Positions 1 through 12,136 of a stretch of DNA of 64,000 nt are shown here, piece by piece. A program made the translations under genes and the position numbers. Position 1 is the stretch's first letter. Every line of letters begins with the position of its first letter. The notes beneath the pieces were generated by a model that did no database searches, was not told the DNA's origin, and saw only the letters and a program-made list of their open reading frames with translations. The stretch comes from Moniliella sp. 'wahieum' (Eukaryota): contig RSEE01000007.1 in assembly GCA_003971905.1 (NCBI GenBank), positions 806,001 through 870,000 on the forward strand. Direction: 5' to 3'.

Positions 1-272
1 TACCCCCCAGGCCTTGTCCAACTGCACTGATTACTAGACAGCTGCATGTAGCAAGCAAAGCTCAACATGGCATAATCTTCCTCGAAGCGCTAGGCAAAAG
101 TCATTTTGAGATAACCTGTGGGAACTACCGGATGCTATCGGAGGCACACGAGCTACTATAAATGGACTGGCAGACCTGTTGTGGTGGTGCAGATGGTGTT
201 GTATCTCTCTCATCGTCACAGGCTGGGGCGTCGTGTTGACAAATGTGTGTTCAGATGAGGGGTATTATTATT

Positions 273-3200
273 TTACTTGATCAACGACAACCGCACACGC
301 GCCCGGGCGATCCCAGTGGGGGAGACAACGACGGGGGCTGGAGAGGGTGCTGAGGATGGGACTGGGGCGAATAGCGTACGCGACAGGCGGGCCCGGGGAA
401 GGGGTGGTGGGGTGGGCGGACTTGGCATGGTCAGAGGAGGGGGATCTTCCAGCGGTGGCATGTCGTCCGCGTAGTATGGGGCCGTTTGCGACTAATGTGG
501 GGCATGCAGGATGCTCGCGTGGGTGGAGTTTGCGGCTGCTGTACCAACGGGAGATACTCAGCTAACTCAAAGAGGGGGAGAAGATCCCCATACGTCAAGG
601 TGAGGTGACGCAGCCTTGTCTCCAACTTGGTGAGGGTGGGGGGTGAAAGCGCGGCCGAGTGCCCCGCCTTGGACGAAAACCAGACTTTGATCAACGGGAC
701 GAGAGCGGAAAGCACCACCACAAGCAGAAGTCTTCCCGTTGGAGGCTGGTCCAGCATGGATCCAAGCAGATCAACGCCTCGATCCACATGTCCTTGCATC
801 ACTCTCACCAGCTGAGCTGGGGTAGGGCTTCCGTCTCCGTGTCACCCTCCCAACGAAGGGGAGATGACAGGGCCAGCTCCCACGCCTTAGCTAAGGCAGT
901 GTAGGCCGATCCCAACTTGCCCCAGGCCGTTATGGCTCGAGTAGGGTGACAGAGCAGATGACCCGTTCCCGTTAGGTCTGGATCCAAGAGAAGCTGGCAC
1001 GCAGCGACAACCAAGGATGCGTGATCTTTTCGACCACAGAGGCGGGGGCCGCCGATGGCTCGTTCCGCACTTGGCGCGAGGAAGACGAGCGCGGAGCCAG
1101 CACTACTCTGCCTGGAACGACAGAGGAAGGGCGATAAGGTGAAGAGTGGCTAGGCGCGTGTTTGTCCAAAGGGCGCGAGACGACGCTAGGATGGGAAGGC
1201 CAGGCAGAGTTTTTCCAGAGGTTTTCAGGACTAAGCCGTTTGCGCTTTGCTGCGCCACACAGGGGCTCCCGGTTGGAGCTGGATGGCCTGGGGAAAGTGG
1301 ACTCTCGAGATCAGGTTCGGAGTCCGGCCCACCCGGAGAGCCCCTCCCATTGTGGGAAGGTCCTTTTCTTTCGGACGTTGGAGGGCGGGCTGGTCCAGCA
1401 AGCCAAGACTAACGCTGCTGCTGCTTTGATTCGATGCCACTGGCGGTACTTGGGGGGGCATAGGCACCGCCACAGGCGAAGGCTCGATTGTTTGATCCGC
1501 TAGCCGCAGGTTGGGATCTGGATCTAGGGCCGAGGCTAGACCGGTCTGGTACCTGGGGGTCGAACCTGGGATGGAGACGATGACATCGACTGGCCCGATC
1601 CGCGAGACATGCTCGGGTCCGCATCGTCTGGTGTGGCTTCAATTCCCGCTAAGACGGGCTGTGGTTGTACTCTGGAGCCGGAAACAGAGAGGGATGTGTC
1701 CCCATCTGGCTCCCGACTGGAGGGGTAGGCTACCAACTGAACGGGTGCGGGTGGGGACTTGGCCGGAAGGACGAACGGGGGCTCTGGCACATGCCGTGCT
1801 AGATCATACTGAACGCCAGCCGGCATCACCATGGATCCTTCCATCCCCGAAGCCGAAAGGGAAATGTTCATCACGGACACTTCAGCTGATCGAGACGGAG
1901 CGCTGGCGGAGCACCCGGGGCCTCCTTGAAGAAGCGCGCTCGGTGAATCCATAGGGTCAAGCGGATGAGAAACTGTGGCGCTCACATTCTCCTCCTCATG
2001 TGGATCCGTTGATGGCGAGGCCGGGCACCCAGATACAGGGCGTGAGGGGGAAGGAGGGGGCATGGCCGAGGGCATGGTGAGGGAGGCTGTAGGATTGGGA
2101 AGAGGGGAGGCCGTTCCCGGCGAACACGTTCCTGCGCCAACATGAAGCGGACGAAGCGTGTAGCCAAAGCAGGCGAAGGTGTCCGGAAGGGGGCCACCCC
2201 AACATCCTTCGCCCAGCCAGCATATGCGTCGCGCGCTCGACGCACATTTTCGGTGCCCATCCAGGCTTCGGCATCTGCCGCAATCCGATCCTGCCCCAGA
2301 AGGGAGAGGGTGCCGGCGAACATAGCGGGCAATGCCCAGTAGGTGAGCACATCCGCCTCCACCGATTGCTCGGCGCAAGGAGCTAGACCGGGGGTAGAAC
2401 CATCTCGCCTTGCCACCAGGGAGGGAGTTGGGCACGATCGAGTCGGGCTCGAAGAGAGAAACGAGGCTGCGCAGTTCCGGGAGGGTGCTATGCCGCCCAA
2501 GCGGAGTGTGGATCAGAGTGGGATACTGGGCACCGGGGTCCCCACGGGCAGCAGCCAAGATTTGAGTTCGGGTGAGGGAATGGTACGCAGTCCACTGGTC
2601 TGAAGACATCTCCATAGGGTGGACAAAGACCGCACGCAGCTCTGGGCCGAAGCAAAGTGTTTAACGGGGAGCCGTGCGTTGGAGGGCATGGTTGAGCACG
2701 ATCACATGCATGGATCCGCACGGTAGGGTCAAGTGTCAAGATATCAGCCAAGAACGGCTCGGCCTCAAACGCATTGACCGTGTATTGATGATAGCGATAG
2801 GAATCAAGGTGGATCTGTTCGCCAAAGTAGCGCGCAACCCCCTTGAGCAGCTCCTCGTACCCCCACGTCCAACAGTGGAGGTAGATTCCCACAGTGGGAG
2901 GGTAGAGGGCGAGCAGGTCGACCACCCCGGCCACTGCAGAGGCCTTGGGCGGGGCGCAGCGGCCCCGCGCTCCACCATCTCAGTGTCGAGGTAAATGCAT
3001 GCCAACCGCATGGACCAATCCGTCTTGGCTGCCCCTCCCACGCGGCGCGAGGAAGTACCAAACTCGTCTGACTCGGGCGCAAATTGGGACGATGCCAGTT
3101 GGGAGGAGCCCTCGCCAGAAGAGGTGTGCTGCTGGGACGAATGATACTGTGGCTGGAGGTTGTGGGGCGGTGCGTGCGAGGTCCGAGATGGTACCTTGAT

Positions 3201-4295
3201 GGCAGACGTGGCACCAACAAGGAGGGGGAGTGTAGCAAGCCTCCCTCGCCAATGGCGATCGACCATCTCTGCTCCCAACTTGTCAAGCGTCTCAGCGGCG
3301 TTCTCGGCGGTGGCCATGCCGAGAACGGCTGGGGCAGCTAGGGGCCATCCTGTTCCTGCGGGTTCGGACGATTTGTCGCGGTTGATATGTGGGTCCATTG
3401 GGGTCCAACCAATGCACCTTCTGAATCGCCATGGTCCTTGCTTTTGACATTGTCGTCTGCGCCGGTGGGGGCATGGGAATCAAAGGGGAGTCGTGGCACT
3501 TGTCCATCGGCGGGAGCCAGCGTGCGGGCCAAGGCCGAGGGGCGGATCCAGCGACTGACAAACGGGTTGGCGGCCAAAGCGGAGACCATCGAAGCTTCGG
3601 CACGCACGTCGCCTGTATGCAGATGGCGCCGCGCGGGCCGTGGATGAGGACCATGACCGCTCCCGGCATGTGGTTGGCATCCAACAGTGTCACGACCAGC
3701 TCGACACCGGGCGTGTATTGGACGCGGGTGGGAGTGTTGAGCGGAATGGGAACCAGCTGGTCTCGGGGCGAACGGGTGCGAGATGCGCTGGGGTGCGTGC
3801 GTGCGGGGGGGCGTGGGGGGCGGCGCTTAGGGCGAAGGAGGGCGTTGGTGCGAGCACGGCGGAGGTTGCGGCGAGTAGGCGGCGTAGGCGGGGGCGAGGC
3901 GGGAGAAGGGGCGGTGGGGGCGACGCGTGGGTCGGTGCGGCGGCGGAGCGGTGGCGGGCGGTCTGGTGGTCGATGAGGATGCGGCGGGTGGTGGGGGAGC
4001 AGAGGATGACGGCGGCGGGGGGGGGCAGCGGGCGAGGCCGGGACATGGTCCATGTGGGCATGGGTGAGGATGTAGAGCGCGGGCGGGGCAAAGTGGGTCT
4101 GGGCGGGGGCGAGGTCGCCGAGGTCGAGGACGGGGTGGGGGGGGTGGTGGCGGCGGAGAGGGAGGGCGCGGCGGCCAGCTGGGCAGCCCAGGCGCGGACG
4201 AGGGGCGGGAGCGGCGGGCGGCTGCTGCCAAAGTCGTCGATGCGCACCAGCGGATACTCGGCGACGAAGCCGCCCAGCGGCGTGTTGCTGGGCAT
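273..4295 (-). CDS. SNM1/Artemis-like metallo-beta-lactamase (beta-CASP) DNA repair nuclease with long low-complexity C-terminus (frameshifted)
   Basis: ATG at 4295 (MPSNTPLGGFVAEYPLVRIDDF). Motifs YILTHAHMDH (HxHxDH), LLDANHMPGAVM, LHCWTWGYEELL and RHSTLPELRSLV are spread over successive minus-strand frames. Chained minus-strand ORFs continue to a stop at 273; extent beyond ~1500 is inferred. Confidence 0.8.
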
Positions 4296-4462
4296 GGCGG
4301 GCGGATCGGCTGGTGTTGGCCAGCCCATTTAACGGGCCAGCCGCTCCGCTGCTCGGTGCAATGCGGCACGTGCCAGCCACTGCACCTGACCCAGTCTGTG
4401 CGTTCACTCGTCTTCCCCCACCGCTGGGCCTGCCCAACAACCCACAGGCGCTGCTGCCCGCC

Positions 4463-5573
4463 ATGGAGATGCTGTCGTTCAATGTCGACAACGGCTACCT
4501 CGAGGGTGTGGTGCGCGGCTACATGAACGGCCTCCTGACCGCGCCGCAGTTCCAGACGCTGACCCAGTGCGAGACGCTGGAGGATCTGCGCATGCAGCTG
4601 TCGGCGACCGACTATGGCAACTTTCTCGCCAACGAGCCCTCGCCGCTCACCACCGCTGTCGTCCTGGACCGTGCGACGAGGCGGATGGTGACGCAGTTCG
4701 AGTACCTGCGCGAGAATGCCGTGTACCGCTGAGCAAGTTCCTCGACTTTGTCACCTACGCCTACATGATCGACAATGTCATTCTCCTCATCACTGGCCCC
4801 TGCACGAACGCGACACCCACGAGCTGCTGGAGCGCTGCCACCCTCTGGGCTGGTTCGATACCCTTCCCGCCCTCAGCGTGGCCAACACAGTAGACGAACT
4901 GTACCAAACCGTCCTTGTCGAGACGCCGTTGGCACCCTATTTCCGCGACTGCCTCTCCGCCGCCGACCTGGACGACCTCAACATTGAGATTATTCGCAAC
5001 ACTCTCTACAAGGCCTACCTGGAAGACTTTTATCAATTTTCCCTCTCTCTTGGCGGCGTAACATCCGAGGCGATGCAAGACCTTCTTGCATTTGAGGCCG
5101 ATCGCCGTGTCATTTCCATCACCGTCAACAGTTTTGGTACGGGCTTAACCAAGGAGGAACGCGCACGCCTTTTCCCCTCGGTCGGGAAGCTGTACCCGGC
5201 AGGCAACAATGCCCTGGCCCGGGCAGACGATGTGGAGCAGGTCAAGGCGGTATGCGAGATGGTGCCAGAGTACAAATCCTTCTTTGATGCGCCATCTGGA
5301 CAAGAGGAGGCCCAGCTGGACCACCTGGAAGACAAGTTTTCCAAGGAAGAGGTGAGGATCAACAAAATCCTCACCATCCAACAGTTTAACTTTTCCATCT
5401 TTTACGCTTGGACCAAGCTGAAGGAACAGGAGATTCGCACTCTGGGCTGGATTGCCGAGTGTATTGCCCAAGGCGCCCGAGGTACGTCATCTCTCCTTTC
5501 CCCCTTTCTTTTCCACTATCACCTTCCTGACATTTTGTTTGCAGACCGCATTGGGGACTATATCAATGTGTAA
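4463..5573 (+). CDS. VMA6: V-type ATPase V0 subunit d, copy 1
   Basis: [19 protein letters not shown]...[11 protein letters not shown]...[14 protein letters not shown]...ERCHPLG...[19 protein letters not shown]...FEADRR...[14 protein letters not shown]. Intron 5482-5544 (GTACGT..GCAG) gives the end QGARDRIGDYINV*. Two small frameshifts near 4730 and 4800. Confidence 0.97.
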
Positions 5574-5765
5574 TGGTGTAATGGTTTGCAGTGTTGCTCG
5601 TCGGGTTATTATGCTTGGGCACATATTCCCTTTGCTAGAATGGAATGAACATATAGGTATACAATGTGATGCCAAACGTCCAGGAGAGCTCTTGCCTGGA
5701 TCGTCGAGCGGACGTCTCTTCTCTCCCACCCAGGCCAAATCGGGGCGTCCTCACACGTCTCGCCC

Positions 5766-7970
5766 TTAGTGTCTGTTATGGTTGGGGCGACTGCGTGCTT
5801 TTGGTACAAATGGCTTACAACGCTGCCGCCAGATTGTCGTGTCGCGTGATGAAGAACTTATGGTTGGCTTCGGGCTTCTGAGCAAGGATCGTCTCAATGT
5901 AGCGCTCGCGCTCATCCACCACGTCGGGATGCGGGATGTACGTGCTGGAAAGGGCATGGCGGGACCAACGCATGGCTTGATCCAGGTTGTGGACCTCTGC
6001 CTGGCTCAGATCGGTGCGAGCACAGATGAGATAGTCGAGGCCGAACTTGGACACTTCCTTGGTACTCGGCAAGGGCCCAGAAAGGAATTTGGTGTTGACC
6101 CATCGGTCAAAGCATACCTCGAACAAAACGTTGGTCCGGTCGGACCACGTGCGGGGACCGCGCAATTTGCTGTATCCCTTGCCGTAGTCAGAACCCTCCC
6201 GGGATCGCCCGCCTTTTCCTCGGCAATCTGGGAGACGATGACATCAAGTCGATCTGCTGGGGATCCAGTGTGAGTTCGAGCGTTTGACGAGGGAAGTGCG
6301 CCGTAGCAGCATTGAGGACGTCCTGAAGCACGAGGAGGATCATGCGGAAGAGGGAATCAAACAGCGCTTGGTCGCCGACAAACGTCTTCACCATCTCCTC
6401 TTGCGGCAGATACTCAAACCCAAACACCTGCGCCGTGTGTTGGTAGCAGGCAAACGTGCCGTCCAACTCACCAAGCTTGGCTTGGAATAGATAGGTGAGC
6501 ATCCGGGACCGGATCAGGTCAAACTTTCCCGCTCAAAAGAATTCAGAAGACCAGCCGAATGATGAATCTCATACCCCGATCCCTGCACCCAATCTTCCCC
6601 GTCCCGAACAGCTACCACGCCTCGTGGTTTAATGTTGAACGTCTTGCCGGGTAGGCGGGGATCCATACACGGCGTTGGGGACCGGACCAGGATGTTTCCA
6701 GCCTGGGTCACGTGGTAAGCTCCCGAGCCTTGTATCTCCAATCGAGTGTACGTTATCCCTGTGTGTGCCCTTATGATGACGCCCCTTGGCCAGTCCTCCT
6801 TCTGACGTACAGCGGCCGCTCTTCGGGAGCCTTGTGCTGTGCAGGGGCCTTGACGCTGACCAACACACATACCGCTTTCCTTCAACCCAACACGCAGCCC
6901 ATGCTCCAAATGGATTTTATCCTCCTTCCTGGGACCAAGCCAGGAAAAACGAGCCGCCCCATAAACGACGAAAAGTGGACGCTCTTCCGCCGCCCACCCC
7001 AACACATACTCCCACAGCCGCTGACGGTCGAACCAAGCTGGCAAGTGAGGTGCTGCCATCCAATGTCGAAGCACTCCTTTCGCGTGCACTGGTTCAGCTG
7101 GCCTCCAAGGCCATGTGGTCCCATCCTCTCCTCAGTGAATGCATGCATGCCTCCTGGGTGCAGCGCTCGGAAGAATCCAGTTGGGCCTTGGGCCGCCTCG
7201 CGCACCACCTTTCCGGGTGGGGAGAGGCGTGCCTTTCTCTCCACCTGTGAAGAAAACCGCATGCATTCCCCCACTCCATCCCAGGGGAGCGTAGATGCAA
7301 CTGGTAACGACGAATTGCCCCCACAGTTGCACGGGCCATTGGACCGCTTGTTTGGTCTACTGAAAGAGATGGACCGCGCGCGTGCCCATCGAGCGAGTAA
7401 AATACGTCTGCCGTGGTTATTGCAGAAGGCAGAGGATACTGATTCGGCAGCAGCGACCGGCACTGGACCTGTCGGACTTTTGTCAGGCCGAACCAAGTTC
7501 GGGCGACGAGTGGATGGACCCAAGGGGCAGTAGCTGCGGCGATTCTTTTCGTGGCTTATCGACCCACAGCTCCGAGGGAGAACTAGGGCTGGGAGCAGAT
7601 GACGCTTCACGGACCGGTTGGTTGGACGCTTGTCCGAAGCCGTCTCTGTCATCCCGTCTCTTGATCCCGAGAGCGAAGGGGTGCTCATGTCGGCATCCAG
7701 CACGTCCAAGCTGTGTTTGTCATCCGTCCTCGATCCCGACAGCGGAGGCGTGCTGATGTCTTCCTCCCCTCCCATGACAATGATGCAGGCGGGGCTCGAG
7801 TGGGAGTCGGCAGCAGTGAGTAGGAGCAGCCCTTGCTGTGCTGCATCATCAGCGGTGCCGTGGGAGGCGCGCGCGAGGGCAGGAGGTGTCAAGAGGGAAC
7901 GGAGCGGCGTGACCGATGCGGGCTGTGCGAGTGGGCCCGCGGGTGCTGATGGGAGACGGAAGGAGCATGT
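5766..7970 (-). CDS. PET127: Pet127-like mitochondrial protein, highly diverged paralog (copy 1), predicted nuclease-dead
   Basis: AYHVTQAGNILVRS..CMDPRLPGKTFNIKPRGVVAVR..GSGYEI..GLLNSFERE(K)FDLIRSRMLTYLFQAKLGELDGTFACYQHTAQVFGFEY aligns collinearly with the canonical copy at 61.3-61.75 kb. C-terminus VDERERYIETILAQKPEA..RHDNLAAA also matches copy 2. Candidate intron 6802-6872. Start (~7970) is uncertain. Confidence 0.8.
7648..7760. repeat. Two imperfect ~42-nt direct repeats, 72-nt period
   Basis: gtcatcccgtctcttgatcccgagagcgaaggggtgctcatgtc vs gtcatccgtcctcgatcccgacagcggaggcgtgctgatgtc. On the minus strand these encode DMSTPSLSGSR and DISTPPLSGSR. Confidence 0.8.
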
Positions 7971-8412
7971 GGAAGCAGGAGCAGAGGGGGGGGGTGGAGG
8001 GCTAGGCGCTGGGCTGGGGCGTATGCATATTCAGCGCAGAGAGGGCAAGGGTTGCTTACTTGGCCGCAGTGGTGCTGGTTGTACGTGCGCCACAAGCGAG
8101 AATGCGCGCGAGGATGGCCGATGGCAGTGGCACTGGGCCAGTGTTCAACCTCGTCCTGCGCCGCCGAGCCACGCCTCGACCAGCGCAAAGCTTAATCAAC
8201 ACTCCAATCACCCACGGCGTGCCACATGTCATCTGCACCGAGCTGGCTGTGTGGATTCGGATTGGCCAGTCCCCCAAGGCACGAGGGACTGCCACCATCA
8301 GCGTCTCCAACGGCTCTTTGTTCGGCGCGCGCCCAGGCCACCGAGCTCAGGCACAGGCCCCGCCGCCATCACATCGGCCGCCGTCGGCAACACTCACCAC
8401 TGCACCCACGCC

Positions 8413-10333
8413 ATGAAGCTCGCTGCCCTCTTCCACCCTTCCCCGCCCGCCTCCGCCCCGGCCTCGGCCTCAGGCCCGCCGCGTCCCCGCCTGCCCTAGC
8501 CGAGCCCGCGCGCCACCGCACACGCACAGTCTCCATCACGGGCCTCAAGCTGCGCAGGCACCTCTCGCTCCGCCCCAGTGCCGCCCGCCCCTCCGCCAAC
8601 GCGCCCCCCGTCCCGCCTGTTCCCCGCGCGCCGAGTCCCCCGCGGCGGCCGCAGCGGAACGCCCCGCCGTTCCTTGCGTCGCCGTCGGTCGACAGCCACC
8701 TGGGCTCGGTCTCGACGCGAACCACCCACCGTTCGCAGACCACGACAATCACCCCGTCAGCACCGCCGCCACCCCCGACCACTTGGGTCCCCCCGCCGCT
8801 GCCCAGCGCCACTCCTTCTACAGCATTGCCTCCACCCCCGTATCCATCTCGGCTTCCTACACTGTCCCCTCCATCGCGCCCGCCCCAGCGCCCCCACCGG
8901 CCACCATACCCGCGTCTTCCACCGAGCCCTCTCTGCCCGCCTCCGCTCCCCCTCCCAAGTCTCGGTCTCGGTCTCGGTCCCCCACCTGCACCATCCCCCT
9001 TCCCCCAAACACCGTCTGGCCACCCGCCTCACCGATCTGACGGTTGCGCATGGCGATGGCTCCTCACGCAGGACGAATACCGTTCGCTGCGTGCCGCTTT
9101 TCTCTCCGCCGCTGTCACCGCCGAAGGCACATCCTCTCCCGCCCAGGAGGAGCGGCGTGCGTCCCACGACTCTGCAGAGCAGCTGCAACTTCCCGGAACC
9201 TCCGTGGCCAGGCTACGCACCGAGTCAGTAAGCTCCTTCGAGTCGGGACAAACCAACCTCTCGCGCCTGCTCTCGTCCCGCCCCAAGGGCAGCAGGCAAC
9301 GCACCTTCCCACCCTCGGCTAGTGTCATGAGTCGTCTCGGCAAGGCCACTGCCTCTGTCGCCTCGTTGGATATCGACTCGGATGCCGAGAATGGAGGTAG
9401 TATTCTCAATGGCCCTGCGTCGTCGCTGTTGGGTCGGGGGGCAGCATCCGTACAAAACCGCGCCGATCTATGTCCGAGCCAAGGCCTGGAAGCGTCTTGT
9501 CCATGTCGACGACGGGATCGGGCAAGCCGGGTAAGCGCCTTCCCCGCAAGCTAGAAAAGGCCAGAAAACAACGAGAGTTAGTGGAGCAGATCCAGGCGAG
9601 CCGCATCGAGGCCGCCTTGGCGAAGGTCAATGGCCTCCCCCGCCAGACCATGGTCTCCTCTCGAGCGTCCCATCCTCGCCTCCCTCCTGCCACCCACAAG
9701 TCTCCCGCCGAAATCAAGGCTGAGATTGAGGTGGTAGAAGCGGAGCAGACGGCCCTCCTTGCCTCGATCGAGGAGGTGCTGGCGCAAAATAGCTTGACGG
9801 CAACCACGGTCAAACGAAACCATTCCACCCGCACGGCCCCGCGTTCTGCGTGGAACGGGAACAAGCGCGCAGGCCACTCGGTGTCTTCCTTGGTTTCCAA
9901 CGCGACCGACCGAAGCGAGGACACCAATTGGCAATCTTCCTCCTTGGCCAACTTTCCTCCCTCAGCCGCAAGAAGGAGCATCTTTGGCTCGCTTTTGGTT
10001 CGCAAGCCCTCTGTGCCCCATCGTCGAATTTCCTCTGTTCCAAATCGAGCCAAGCCAGCGGAGCCGAATCCGCCTTCCCCGGCCCCGGCCCCGGCAGGCC
10101 AAGTGCACCGCCCCACAGCCCAGGGCCACAATGCAGTGCCCTTTCCCCAAGCTCGACCTGTGTCCAATGCGCCTCCTGTGTCTTTGGGTACGCCCTCACA
10201 GCCTGCGGGGAAGACGGACCGAGATACTCTGGTGCTCATGCACGCCCGGGTAGCCGAGCGGTACGACGAGCGCTTGGCCATGCTACAGTCCTCGCTTCGT
10301 AGTGCCCAGCTGCGCGAAAAGGCGTTGCACTAG
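8413..10333 (+). CDS. Hypothetical Pro/Ser-rich protein with C-terminal coiled-coil segments (frameshifted)
   Basis: gccATG at 8413 (MKLAALFHP). Chained long plus-strand ORFs 8226-9554 and 9470-10333 contain helical segments SPAEIKAEIEVVEAEQTALL and RYDERLAMLQSSLRSAQLREKALH*. Confidence 0.65.
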
Positions 10334-10653
10334 GAGGCCGCCGTGTCTCGTTGACTGACCCACGAGGCTTGAATCCCTGGGCCGCTTAGTGCCTTCCTCC
10401 CTCCTGAGGCGCTTCTTTTCTCCTGTACCAAGATCCACCAGTGGGCTCTGCTGCCCCATGTATTTTCTTTCGTTTGCCGCTTGGTTGTCGGCGTTACGCG
10501 TCACGCTCCCTGTGTTGAGTCCCCTGCGCTGGGCAGCTAGTTCTTAGTCCTCCTAATGACCATCGTTTGGCCGCTGTGGCGGGTGACAGCATGGGAATGA
10601 CTAGCGATGGTCGAGTGGTATAGAATACAGTTAGATAACGACTATATATGCGC

Positions 10654-12136
10654 CTACTGGCATACCTTGGCCAGGACACAATCGCGGTACGCCGCGCCCA
10701 TCAAGCCCACAAACGCTTGTGCTTCCGGGGACCGAGACACGTACGTTGGGCTGGTCCAAGCGTACGGGTTGATGGACGGGCAACGTAACCGTCGTGGAGA
10801 CGTGCTGGGCGACCGCTTGGCGTAGCTGTTGTCGCGAGCGTGAGGTAGGCTGGCTTGATGGGCTGCCCCGCGGCAGATTGCAGGACGGCGTAGCGGTACA
10901 CGGCGGCTACAACACCTGCTGTACCAGCCACTTCGCCGCCCAGGTGGGGGTAGTAGTATCCTTGACGCCCTTGGGTCCGCCGACGAGGTAGCCGCGCAGC
11001 AAGCCATTGGCGGGGTCGATGGACTGGCCCGCCTGTGCACACGCGGCTAGAGAGCGAGTATGTCCTCGACCAAGGCCGTGACCGAGGTTTGTAACGGCTC
11101 GATCCAACTGGGCGAACCAGGGTACCGAGCCAAGGTAGCCAGCACACGTACCATCCCATTCAACGCCCACGTCTCGCCCGTTGTCCACAGCCCCTTGGTC
11201 TGGGACGCCGAGCCGGAAATGTGTCGCCACAACCCCTTGGCTACGGGGGCGACGTTGCCCGTGTCGCGGAAGGCCAAGTGCTTCGAGTACCCCTCCAGCT
11301 GCCGCACCGTCTCCTGCATCAAACTCTGGTTGGACGAGGCTACTGCAGCGTACGCCATAAAGGGAGGGGCCATATACTATCCAAGGAAATCCGTCCGTCA
11401 GATCTGCGCCACACAGGGGGGGGGGGGGGGGTGAACGTACAGCCCAATCGGCCCAGACGGCCAACTCTGATGAGCGCGAGCTAAGGGTCCCATCGGCGTA
11501 GGGGGGGAGAGAAGAGGTTATCAAGTTGGCGCTGGGCAGCCAGGGTATACGAGTCACTCTTCACGCCCAACAGCAAGGCGGCTACGCCCAACGAGCACGG
11601 ATCCCCGAGGAGCCTTGCCCGTCCGCCAAGTCGCCCCCATTCTTCCCTGCGTCGAGGGAGATGTGCTGCTTGGCATACGTCAAAGCGGGGGAAGAGGTGA
11701 GGGAAGGGAGGGAGCCTTGAGGGAACGCATACTTGCCGAAAACAGCATGGCCTGGGTTGTAGAGCTCAAGGAAAAGTTCAGTGGTCGTCCCGTACTCCCA
11801 GCTGTGCTGGGACATTTCTTCGGCCCGTTGGGCGACCAGAGACAAATTGAAGCCCATGTTGACGCCTTGGTTTACCGTAGCCGGTGTCAGCGGGCCCTTG
11901 GCCTTCTTGTTGGCCTTCTTTCCCTTGCCCTTCCTGACTTTGTCCTGTGCAATTGCTCCGACCAAGGCAGCGTGGAGCGTGCGCGATGCATCATTCCCTC
12001 GCCCTCGGCCAAGAGATGACTGGGCAGTTTCCCGTCGTTGTACCAAGGCGGATGGGTCAAGGCGACGCCCAACCGGAACAGACTCAACTGCCCCGGAAAG
12101 CATAGCGATCCATGCTAGACAATGAAGGACACGCAT
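10654..12136 (-). CDS. Secreted six-hairpin glycosidase, GH88/GH105-like unsaturated glycuronyl hydrolase
   Basis: Signal peptide MRVLHCLAWIAMLSGAVES. Motifs HSWEYGT..ELFLEL, GTLSSR..LAVWAD, YMAPPFMAY, GLWRHI, WTTGETWALNGMVRVLATL and SPEAQAFV. Intron near 11.39-11.44 kb; frameshifts. Confidence 0.8.
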
